This document shows positions 1 to 7,476 of a DNA stretch of 19,937 nt, one piece after another. The stretch is from Ignavibacteriaceae bacterium (GTDB taxonomy: Bacteria > Bacteroidota > Ignavibacteria > Ignavibacteriales > Ignavibacteriaceae), in the NCBI GenBank assembly GCA_035542335.1, contig DATKLQ010000476.1:1-19937 (forward strand), given 5' to 3'. Below the pieces are notes generated by a model, which was not told where the DNA came from, did not search any database, and saw nothing but the letters and a program-made list of their open reading frames with translations. Both the position numbers and the translations under genes were made by a program. Each line of letters starts with the position of its first letter. The first letter of the stretch is position 1.

Positions 1-936
1 TGTTCCCAACCATTTATAATTATCTCTATCAATTAATAAGACATCGACCTCATCAGCAGGTATAGCGGAGTTTTCTTTATCATAAATCGTCCAATTATTT
101 AAATCGAATTTTATTAATCCATTATACGTTCCTAACCAGAAATTCCCATTCTTATCAATAGAAATGTCATTAATTTCATTAAATAAAGTATCTTGATTAT
201 AAGCCACCCAGACAGAATCGTTGAACACAGCTAGTCCCCCAAACATACCGATCCATTTTTTATTTGCATTATCAACGGCTATATCATTAATTATTCCCGA
301 TGGTATATCGGAGTTTTGGGGGTTGTATAATCTCCAGTTTATGCCGTCAAATTTCACTAATCCGCCATGGGTACCAATCCAAATCGAGCTGCTGTCTTCT
401 GTAATTGACGTAATTACTCTGTTTGGCAGAGCAGAATTATTTATATCATAAATAACCCAATTACCCATATAATATTTTACTAAATATGGATATTCACTTG
501 TGCAACCTATCCAAAGATTTTTTTCTTTATCAATAAATAAAGCGGCTATTTGATCTGAAGGTAAAGGTGAGTTTCCGGTATTAAAATAAGCCCAATTTAC
601 TCCGTCAAATTTTGCCAGACCGAATCCGACCGCACCAGAGAGACCTGCGAGTCCTATCCATTTATTTCCGCTGTCGTCTATTGCTATTGCCGTAATGTAA
701 TTATCCGGCAAACCTGTAGATTTGTCATAAAATAACAATTCATTGCTGCTCTTGTTGACTCTAATTAAACCGATATCGGTACCGACCCAAATAAAATTAT
801 TCTCTTCTGCAATTGCCGTAAATTTTTTGCCTCCGGCAATGTAGTTTTCCCACATTTTTGATTGAGCTTTTAAATTAGAAAAAAGTAAGGCAATACTGAA
901 TGCTGCCAAAAATGAAAAGTGAAATAAATTTTTCAT
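1..936 (-). CDS. secreted beta-propeller repeat protein (two-component-regulator-propeller/Reg_prop-like blades), 3' end cut by window edge
   Basis: Reverse-strand ATG at 936..934. Translation begins MKNLFHFSFLAAFSIALLFSNLKAQ (signal peptide), followed by at least 6 tandem ~45-50 aa units with recurring W(I/L)GT..GL..F(D/N)G..W..Y motifs. The frame is open down to position 1 and is absent from the ORF track because it has no in-window stop. Confidence 0.6.
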   Translation of the reverse strand, partial: MKNLFHFSFLAAFSIALLFSNLKAQSKMWENYIAGGKKFTAIAEENNFIWVGTDIGLIRVNKSSNELLFYDKSTGLPDNYITAIAIDDSGNKWIGLAGLSGAVGFGLAKFDGVNWAYFNTGNSPLPSDQIAALFIDKEKNLWIGCTSEYPYLVKYYMGNWVIYDINNSALPNRVITSITEDSSSIWIGTHGGLVKFDGINWRLYNPQNSDIPSGIINDIAVDNANKKWIGMFGGLAVFNDSVWVAYNQDTLFNEINDISIDKNGNFWLGTYNGLIKFDLNNWTIYDKENSAIPADEVDVLLIDRDNYKWLGT

Positions 937-1076
937 AAAGGTTCCCCGAATCTTATTTCAATGATAATAATAAAAATTTAGCTCACTAAAAACAAGTAAA
1001 TTCTTATATATAATTTATTTAAAGTGTTTCCGATTTTTAGCTAAGTTTACAGATCAAAATATGTCCAGCATTTACT

Positions 1077-1820
1077 ATGGTTATTATAAAATCTTTATTA
1101 CTTAGTAATTATCCGGAAATTATTTTTGGGTTCAGTACAAAAATTGCGGCAGATAGAAAACCCCCTTTTTATTTCAACCTTTCTTTTTCAGTCGGTGATG
1201 ATATTAATATCGTTAAGGAAAATCGAAGACTCTTTTTTCAGTCCCTGGGGCTTGCTGAAAACCAAATTATAACTCAAAAGCAAATTCACAGCGATATTAT
1301 AAGGCTTGCCGAGAAACGAAACAGTAATTCTGAAAGCGATGCCTTGATTACAGATAAGAATAATTTTGGATTAGCCGTCAGCGCTGCCGACTGTGCTCCT
1401 ATTTTTTTGTATGATAAAAAGAATAGAATTATTTCCGCAGTACATTCAGGGTGGCGCGGGACCCAAAAAAAAATTCTGCTTAAAACTTTAAATAGGCTCT
1501 CGGCAGATTTTGGTTCTAAAGGGGAAAATTTGATTGCGTTCATCGGTCCGTCTATCAAACAAAAAAATTACCAGGTAGGAGAAGATGTTGCAGAACTTTT
1601 TGATTCTAAATATTTATTAAAAGAAAATGATAAATATTTTCTGGACATTCCATTAGTTAATTTCGATATGCTGGCCGGTTTCGGAATTAAAAAAGAGAAT
1701 ATAGAAATTTCTTCCTTATGCACTTTTGAAAATAGTTTTTTGCTCCACTCCTACCGCCGGGATGGAATTCATTCGGGGAGATCATTAGGAATTATTGCTT
1801 TGAAGAGTGCAGATGAATAA
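1077..1820 (+). CDS. pgeF: PgeF/YfiH family (DUF152) peptidoglycan-editing factor / purine nucleoside phosphorylase-like protein
   Basis: 247 aa. Family hallmark motifs ADCAP, HSGWRGT and LHSYRRD are present, and the length is typical for the family. Confidence 0.85.
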   Translation: MVIIKSLLLSNYPEIIFGFSTKIAADRKPPFYFNLSFSVGDDINIVKENRRLFFQSLGLAENQIITQKQIHSDIIRLAEKRNSNSESDALITDKNNFGLAVSAADCAPIFLYDKKNRIISAVHSGWRGTQKKILLKTLNRLSADFGSKGENLIAFIGPSIKQKNYQVGEDVAELFDSKYLLKENDKYFLDIPLVNFDMLAGFGIKKENIEISSLCTFENSFLLHSYRRDGIHSGRSLGIIALKSADE

Positions 1821-2733
1821 TAATTTAAAAATTGGTTTTGTATATATTCTGCTCTGTTTTATCTGGGGTTCAACCTGGATTGTAATTCGCTCAGGACTAA
1901 CTTCGTTGACGCCGATTATCTCTGCCGGTTATAGATTTACTTTAGCTTCTTTTTTTGTCTTCTCATTAATGAAATACAATAATTTTAAGCTGCAGACTGA
2001 TAGAACCTCTGCTATTCTTTATATATTCATGGCTTTCTTTTCGTATGTTTTCCCTTATTCATTAGTCTATTGGGCGGAATCCCCGCAGGCCGGTGTTCCG
2101 TCAGGATTGTCTGCCGTATTATTCGGAGTTTATCCCTTTTTTATTGCTCTTTTCTCCTTTTTCTTTATTAAAAATGAAAGTGTGAATGTTTCACAAATAA
2201 TTGGAATGATTTCCGGTTTTCTTGGGATAGTCATTATTTTTTCGGATAGTTTTAGCGGAAATATTTCCTCTTTTCTTCTGGGCATGGCTGCAGTGGTACT
2301 GAGTGCGGTTATGCAGGCCGCAATGTTAATAACTATTAAAAAATACGGGCACCATTTAAATCCTCTCTCGATGAATTTTATTCCGATGTTTTTAGCAGGG
2401 ATTGTTCTTCTTTCGGCAGGCTATTCGGTTGAAGACGTAAATCAGCTAAAATTCGATTCGGCAGCTGTGCTTTCAATTCTTTATCTCGCCTTCTTCGGAA
2501 GCACAGTTACATTCACTTCCTACTACTGGTTGTTAAAGAGAGTAAATGTGGTTGTCCTTTCGATGATAGCATTTATTACTCCGATTGTTGCTCTGCTACT
2601 CGGCTGGATTTTCTATAATGAACAGCTTTCTTTTAATTTATTTTTGGGAACTCTCCTTGTTTTATCAGGTCTGCTGGCAGCAAATTTGGGAAATCTTAGG
2701 AAGTTCAATAATTTAGGATTTAAAAAGACTTAA
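1807..2733 (+). CDS. EamA/DMT-superfamily permease (10-TM drug/metabolite transporter)
   Basis: 308 aa and highly hydrophobic, with about 10 predicted TM segments in two EamA-like halves. Overlaps the pgeF 3' end by 14 nt (ATG 1807; alternative ATG 1813). Confidence 0.7.
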   Translation: MQMNNNLKIGFVYILLCFIWGSTWIVIRSGLTSLTPIISAGYRFTLASFFVFSLMKYNNFKLQTDRTSAILYIFMAFFSYVFPYSLVYWAESPQAGVPSGLSAVLFGVYPFFIALFSFFFIKNESVNVSQIIGMISGFLGIVIIFSDSFSGNISSFLLGMAAVVLSAVMQAAMLITIKKYGHHLNPLSMNFIPMFLAGIVLLSAGYSVEDVNQLKFDSAAVLSILYLAFFGSTVTFTSYYWLLKRVNVVVLSMIAFITPIVALLLGWIFYNEQLSFNLFLGTLLVLSGLLAANLGNLRKFNNLGFKKT

Positions 2734-2769
2734 TCTTTCCGGCGGGAAATTTTATCTTAAAGGTGATTC

Positions 2770-3138
2770 ATGCAAACCATTATCAGAATAAAAGGCGCTG
2801 TCTTTTACGGCTACCATGGGGCACGAACCGAGGAGCAGAGTGTTGGAGGAAAATTTGAAGCCGATGTAGATATTTACAGTGATTTTACTGAAGCCGCAAA
2901 AAAAGATAACCTGCGGGAAACAATCGATTATGAAACCGCTTATAAATATATTTATCATCTTGCCCTCGAGCAGAAGTATTATTTGATCGAGGCACTTGCT
3001 TATAAAATTGCAACCGGTCTGCTGGATAAATTTTCTAAAATAAATAAGGTGGTTGTAAGAATCAGAAAAAATAATCCGCCGCTAGGGGGAGTAGTTGATT
3101 GTGTCGAAGTGGAATATTCTAAGGAGAGGAACCACTAG
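2770..3138 (+). CDS. folB: dihydroneopterin aldolase
   Basis: 122 aa. N-terminal I.I.G..FYGYHGA..EEQ..GGKF..DV pattern typical of FolB. SD-like aaaggtga lies upstream. Confidence 0.85.
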   Translation: MQTIIRIKGAVFYGYHGARTEEQSVGGKFEADVDIYSDFTEAAKKDNLRETIDYETAYKYIYHLALEQKYYLIEALAYKIATGLLDKFSKINKVVVRIRKNNPPLGGVVDCVEVEYSKERNH

Positions 3139-3193
3139 GCAATTTGTAATCAAAATTTGCTCAAAATGGTAAAGAAAATTTGAACAATATGAA

Positions 3194-3353
3194 TTTCGAA
3201 TATCGAACATCGAATAATGAATTTCGAACACACAGTGCATTTATTATTCGATATTCGGTAATAGACTCAGGCTGTTGGACTCCGGCGAGAGCAACAGACT
3301 CGTCGAGCAGAGTATACAAGCTCCGGCGAACTTTCGATATTCGATATTATCAA
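3194..3353. repeat. nested heptamer direct/inverted-repeat element in folB-folK spacer (candidate cis-regulatory RNA/operator array or MITE-like remnant)
   Basis: Five tandem 7-mers tttcgaa/tatcgaa/catcgaa/taatgaa/tttcgaa lie at about 3194-3228. The 11-mer ttcgatattcg occurs twice (about 3247-3257 and 3333-3343), and each copy is perfectly complementary to cgaatatcgaa at about 3197-3207. A central GC-rich inverted repeat ctgttgg...caacag sits at about 3271-3298, and ctccggcga is duplicated at about 3281-3289 and 3321-3329. Confidence 0.4.
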
Positions 3354-3387
3354 CTTTGGTTTTGGCTTGACCTATTCAGGTATTAAT

Positions 3388-3885
3388 ATGCATTCGGTAT
3401 ATTTGGGAATCGGGTCCAACCTCGGAGATAAATTTGAAAATTTTAGGAAAGCGGCTGCGCTTATAAATGATGATGGAAAATGCCGGATTACAAAAGCTTC
3501 CTCAATCTATGAAACTAAACCATTCGGATTTGAGAGTAATTCGAATTTCCTTAATGCAGTAATAAAGATTGAAACCGAGTATTCGGTTCTGGAGTTATTC
3601 CGGTTTCTTAAATCAATTGAATGGAAAATGGGCAGAAAGAAATCTGAAAAATGGGATTCTAGGCAGATAGACCTTGATATATTATTTTATAATGATTTGA
3701 TCTATTCCGATGAAAATATAACCGTCCCTCATAAGGGAATTACTTCGAGAGATTTTGTGATAATTCCTCTAAAAGAACTGGAACCGGATCTTATTCATCC
3801 TGAATTAAAAGAAAAAATTGCCGATATTAGAACCGGTCATTTGAAAAAAAATATAATTACAAAAGTCCCGGGAAATTTTATATAA
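3388..3885 (+). CDS. folK: 2-amino-4-hydroxy-6-hydroxymethyldihydropteridine pyrophosphokinase (HPPK)
   Basis: HPPK motifs are present: YLGIGSNLGD, ETKPFG, W.SRQIDLDIL and PH..ITSRDFVIIPL. The ORF-track frame opens at a TTG (3367), but the ATG at 3388 gives the canonical N-terminus. Confidence 0.85.
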   Translation: MHSVYLGIGSNLGDKFENFRKAAALINDDGKCRITKASSIYETKPFGFESNSNFLNAVIKIETEYSVLELFRFLKSIEWKMGRKKSEKWDSRQIDLDILFYNDLIYSDENITVPHKGITSRDFVIIPLKELEPDLIHPELKEKIADIRTGHLKKNIITKVPGNFI

Positions 3886-3902
3886 AAAGGATAATTGCAG
3901 GA

Positions 3903-4550
3903 TTGGAAAATTCTACTGTAAAATATATCGCGATTGAAGGAGTAATCGGGGCAGGAAAAACATCGCTGGCAAAAAAGATTAAAGATAAAATAAATGCCGA
4001 ATTTATTGCCGAACAATTCGATGTAAATCCCTTTCTTGAAAATTTTTACTCTAACAGGAAAAGATATGCCTTCCAGACCCAGATGTTTTTTCTGATTAAT
4101 AGATTTAAACAGCAGCAGGAGCTTAACCAGGAGAATCTCTTTACGGAATATATTGTATGTGATTACCTTTTTGAAAAGGATAAAATTTTTGCTTACCTGA
4201 ATCTAAGCGAGGAAGAGCTGAAATTATACGAAACACTTTTCCCTCTCCTTGCAAGAAATTTAAGAAAACCGGACATAGTGGTTTATCTCCAGTCCAGCGT
4301 AGACAGGCTGATGTACAATATTAAAAAAAGAAACAGAAGAATCGAGAGAAACCTGACCAGGAGTTATATTGAAGAGCTTAGTGAAGCTTATAATCATTTC
4401 TTTTTCAGGTATAACACAACACCTCTGCTGATCGTCAATTCTACCGAAATAGACTTTGTTAACAACGAAGAAGATTTCAACGAGTTATTTATTCAAATAT
4501 TCCGTGAAGACCGCGGGTTCATAGAATATTTTTCTGCAATAACAAGGTGA
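3903..4550 (+). CDS. deoxynucleoside kinase (dAK/dGK/dCK family)
   Basis: P-loop IAIEGVIGAGKTSL at the N-terminus, then the FQ..FL.R region and the ...YL.SS.DRL... LID-like segment typical of dNK family. Start is a TTG (3903) with an aaagga SD 11 nt upstream; there is no in-frame ATG nearby, so the exact start is uncertain. Confidence 0.75.
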   Translation: MENSTVKYIAIEGVIGAGKTSLAKKIKDKINAEFIAEQFDVNPFLENFYSNRKRYAFQTQMFFLINRFKQQQELNQENLFTEYIVCDYLFEKDKIFAYLNLSEEELKLYETLFPLLARNLRKPDIVVYLQSSVDRLMYNIKKRNRRIERNLTRSYIEELSEAYNHFFFRYNTTPLLIVNSTEIDFVNNEEDFNELFIQIFREDRGFIEYFSAITR

Positions 4551-4578
4551 ATTATAGATACTTTCGAAAGAGGCCGTA

Positions 4579-4773
4579 GTGATACGTTTTATTTTATTTA
4601 TTTTAATTGTCTTTATAGTTTATAATCTGGCAAAATTTTTTTTGAGAGCCATTACCGGATCCGGCGAAACTTCCGGGAAGATGCCGAATGAGCCCAAGTC
4701 CAAGTACGATGATGTTGAAGAAGCAAAATTTAAAGACATCGACAACGATTCTCAAAAAACCGATAAAACCTGA
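4579..4773 (+). CDS. small membrane protein: N-terminal TM helix plus acidic/lysine-rich tail (DUF4834-like architecture)
   Basis: 64 aa. GTG start with a strong SD gaaagagg 5 nt upstream. N-terminus FILFILIVFIVYNLAKFF is one TM helix. The C-terminus KYDDVEEAKFKDIDNDSQ is charged. Tightly packed between dNK and the GT9 gene (gaps 28 and 6 nt). Confidence 0.5.
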   Translation: MIRFILFILIVFIVYNLAKFFLRAITGSGETSGKMPNEPKSKYDDVEEAKFKDIDNDSQKTDKT

Positions 4774-4779
4774 TCCCGG

Positions 4780-5889
4780 ATGGCTAAAGACAATCTATTC
4801 TCAAAAATTATTTACAGAACCTTCCGGAAAGCTTTATCTGTACCTGAAAACCCGAGCTTAGTTTTAGAAAATCCACGCAAATTTTTAATTGTAAGGCAGC
4901 ATAATCAGTTAGGAGATCTCCTTATTGGAGTTTCACTTTTTAGGGCAATTAAAGAAAAGTATCCCCAATCTTCTATTACGCTTATTGTAAGTCCGTTCAA
5001 TTATCCGGGACTTGTGAAAAATAGATTTCTGGATAGAGTATTTATCTTTGATAAAAAAAAGCTCTTACATCTCTCTTATTTAAATCAACTTAAAAGCATA
5101 TTAAGGGAGGAATATGATGTTGCAATAGTTCCCGCGATAGTCTCAGTTTCATTTACAAGCAATCTACTGGCAAGGTTTGCGAATGCAAAGACAAGGATTG
5201 GGCCGGACTCTCTCGATGGAATCTACAATAAAAGCAGTTTCTTATTTGATAGAAGAGTGGTCCTCGATTGGAGAAAGCATCCTGATTCTAATGTAGCTGA
5301 GAGAAACCTTGATATTGTAAGGCCTTTTGGTATAAATACGGAAAATTTCAGCTCCGAAATTTCTTTCGATAGTGTCGACTTATCGGAAGTAAAAGCTTTT
5401 TTAAATGAAATCGGATTAAATAAGGGTGAGCTGCTGATTGGCTTGCATGCTGGCGCAGGGAAAATCCAGAATCGCTGGTCGTTATTAAAATATATAACGT
5501 TAATTCAAAAACTGAATGGAGCTTATAAAGCAAAATTCTTTCTCACAGGCAGTATGGCAGACTCTGAAGAGCTTCAGTACATAAAGGAGAACGTTAGAAT
5601 TCCCGTTTACCTGTGCATGAATAAACCGATTCCGGTCGTTGCTGCTTTAATTTCTATGTCTCAGCTTTTTATCTGCAATGATACCGGAATAATGCATGTG
5701 GCGGGAGCTACAGGCGTTCCGCAGATTTCATTATTCGGACCTACAAATCCTTTTAACTGGGCTCCTATTGGAAGCAATAAGCATTTTATCCGCAATTCCG
5801 AACTGATCGATGATATTTCGGCGGATGAAGTTTTTGATCTTTGCAAATCCATTCTCTCCGGAAAAACTAATGGGGAATCACTTGCGTAA
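4780..5889 (+). CDS. glycosyltransferase family 9 (LPS heptosyltransferase-like, RfaF/WaaC/WaaQ family)
   Basis: 369 aa. N-terminal KFLIVRQHNQLGDLLI matches the GT9 ADP-heptose-transferase signature (I.R.s.lGD...). C-terminal ...CNDTGIMHVAGATGVP..SLFGPT matches the GT9 donor-binding region. Confidence 0.8.
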   Translation: MAKDNLFSKIIYRTFRKALSVPENPSLVLENPRKFLIVRQHNQLGDLLIGVSLFRAIKEKYPQSSITLIVSPFNYPGLVKNRFLDRVFIFDKKKLLHLSYLNQLKSILREEYDVAIVPAIVSVSFTSNLLARFANAKTRIGPDSLDGIYNKSSFLFDRRVVLDWRKHPDSNVAERNLDIVRPFGINTENFSSEISFDSVDLSEVKAFLNEIGLNKGELLIGLHAGAGKIQNRWSLLKYITLIQKLNGAYKAKFFLTGSMADSEELQYIKENVRIPVYLCMNKPIPVVAALISMSQLFICNDTGIMHVAGATGVPQISLFGPTNPFNWAPIGSNKHFIRNSELIDDISADEVFDLCKSILSGKTNGESLA

Positions 5890-6832
5890 TAAACGAATTG
5901 CCGCTCTTGATCTCGGTTCAAATTCTTTTCACATGATTATCGGGGAGCTTAAAGACAATAATTCTTTTGAAATTATTGAACGGAAAAGGGAAGTGCTGCG
6001 ATTAGCTTCCCAAAAAAAAGGGGAGCACTCATACATAACGGAAGATGAAACTGATAAATCTATCCTGGTAATAAAAGATTTCAAACAAACTGCATCTCGG
6101 TACGGCGCAGAAATTAAAGCAGTTGCAACTAGAGCCGTCCGGGAAGCTATAAACGGCAAAGATTTTACCGAAAGAATATTTAAAGAAACTTCAATCAAAG
6201 TGGAAATAATCAGCGGTGAAAAGGAAGCAGAATTAATATTTTTAGGGGCATCGGATTGGCTCGGTTTATTTGAAAAAAAAATACTGGTAATTGATATCGG
6301 CGGAGGAAGTACTGAAATCATTATCGGAGCAGATAAAAAAATTGTTTTTTCCGGGAGTTTGAAATTAGGGGCAGTAAGGATAATAAGGAATTTTTTCCCT
6401 GGATTTATCATATCTCCGGAAAGAATTACTCTTTGCAGGAATTTTATAAAAGAAGAACTAGTGAAAAGCTTAAAGGATGTTTCGGGAATCACTTATGATA
6501 CAGCAGCAGGTGCATCGGGAACGATTTTATCCGTTGCTTCGTCCCTTTATTTCGGGAAGCACCATAGATATCCCGATTTGATAAGAACAATTCAAATTAC
6601 ATTTGAAGAGTTAAAGGTATTTGCCGAGAACCTGCTTGCAAAATCTACTGTGAAAGAAAGATTATTAATTCCCGGTATTGAAGAAAAAAGAGCAGATATA
6701 CTTCCGGCGGGAGTATTGATATTGCAGGAATTATTTTCCTTTTTTAAAATCAATATATTCAATATATCCGAATACGGCCTTCGCGAAGGAATAATTTTAT
6801 CTTATTTGGGTTCCAATAAAAATCCGGGATAA
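5870..6832 (+). CDS. Ppx/GppA family phosphatase (exopolyphosphatase / pppGpp phosphohydrolase), short form without HD domain
   Basis: IAALDLGSNSFHMII at the N-terminus and a later ILVIDIGGGSTEI motif are the two actin-like ASKHA phosphate motifs of Ppx/GppA. Chosen start is ATG 5870 (M21 of the track ORF), 9 aa before the DLGSNS motif. Overlaps the GT9 3' end by 20 nt. Confidence 0.75.
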   Translation: MGNHLRNKRIAALDLGSNSFHMIIGELKDNNSFEIIERKREVLRLASQKKGEHSYITEDETDKSILVIKDFKQTASRYGAEIKAVATRAVREAINGKDFTERIFKETSIKVEIISGEKEAELIFLGASDWLGLFEKKILVIDIGGGSTEIIIGADKKIVFSGSLKLGAVRIIRNFFPGFIISPERITLCRNFIKEELVKSLKDVSGITYDTAAGASGTILSVASSLYFGKHHRYPDLIRTIQITFEELKVFAENLLAKSTVKERLLIPGIEEKRADILPAGVLILQELFSFFKINIFNISEYGLREGIILSYLGSNKNPG

Positions 6833-6907
6833 AAATTCTGAACCTCGTATCCTGATACTTTATTGTAACTTTTATCACCTCAAAAAATTTATATGTTGAA
6901 ACATTTT

Positions 6908-6941
6908 GTCAGCATAATAATTTTGCCAGCATAATAATTTA
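6908..6941. repeat. tandem 17-bp direct repeat (gtcagcataataatttt / gccagcataataattta) in the promoter region of the VOC gene
   Basis: Two adjacent 17-mers are identical at 15/17 positions. They lie 42 bp upstream of the ATG and overlap a TTGCCA-N17-TAATAG promoter-like pair. Confidence 0.4.
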
Positions 6942-6982
6942 GATTTAATAGTTCAACAATTTTAAATATATAGGAGGTTAAC

Positions 6983-7426
6983 ATGGCAGTAAAACATGTT
7001 CCTGAAGGGTATCATACGGTGACACCATATTTGCTTGTAAAAAATGCATCTGATTTTTTAGTCTTTCTTAAAAAGGCTTTCGATGCAAAGGAGAAAGATA
7101 TAGCTAAGGGACCTGACGGTACTATAATGCATGCCGTAACCAAGATAGGAGATTCATTCATTATGCTCGGCGAAGCTACGGGGAAATTTCCGGCAATGCC
7201 GACAATGCTCTATTTATATGTGAAAAATACGGATGAGACTTACAAGAATGCCTTAAAAGCCGGAGCCGTTTCGGATATGGAACCGAAAGATATGTTCTGG
7301 GGAGATAGGAATGCCGGAGTCAGAGATCAATTCGGAAACTATTGGTCGATTGCAACACATATAAAAGATGTTACCCGTGAGGAGATGGAAGCAGGCATGA
7401 AAGATATGATGAAAGAAACGGTATAG
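6983..7426 (+). CDS. VOC-superfamily (glyoxalase/bleomycin-resistance fold) PhnB-like protein
   Basis: 147 aa. The I.H.V..IGDS.IML.....F.......LYLYV.......... FWGDR.G.V.D.FG..W.IA pattern is typical of the PhnB/YjdN-like VOC family. Excellent SD taggaggt sits 7 nt upstream. Confidence 0.75.
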   Translation: MAVKHVPEGYHTVTPYLLVKNASDFLVFLKKAFDAKEKDIAKGPDGTIMHAVTKIGDSFIMLGEATGKFPAMPTMLYLYVKNTDETYKNALKAGAVSDMEPKDMFWGDRNAGVRDQFGNYWSIATHIKDVTREEMEAGMKDMMKETV

Positions 7427-7437
7427 TTTCCTTAATA

Positions 7438-7466
7438 AGGCAGAGACATTTATAATGTCTCTGCCT
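7438..7466. terminator. bidirectional hairpin terminator between the convergent VOC and flotillin-like genes
   Basis: Perfect 11-bp inverted repeat aggcagagaca / tgtctctgcct with a 7-nt loop, sited between the two convergent stop codons (7426 and 7477). Flanking U-tracts are weak. Confidence 0.55.
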
Positions 7467-7476
7467 ATAATATTGT

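Noticed and set aside
221-451. 76-aa plus-strand ORF
   Set aside because: It lies entirely inside, and antisense to, the well-supported minus-strand beta-propeller gene (1..936). It has no SD and a low-complexity translation.
3180-3386. 68-aa ORF in the folB-folK spacer
   Set aside because: The frame runs straight through the heptamer-repeat and GC-hairpin element. It has no SD, and the product (NFEYRTSNNEFRT...) just mirrors the nucleotide repeats. The region is better explained as a structured non-coding element.
5929-6492. 187-aa minus-strand ORF
   Set aside because: It is fully antisense within the Ppx/GppA gene, whose plus-strand frame carries the diagnostic DLGSNS and DIGGGSTE motifs. 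The translation is a low-complexity Ser/Ile/Phe-rich artifact of the AT-rich antisense strand.
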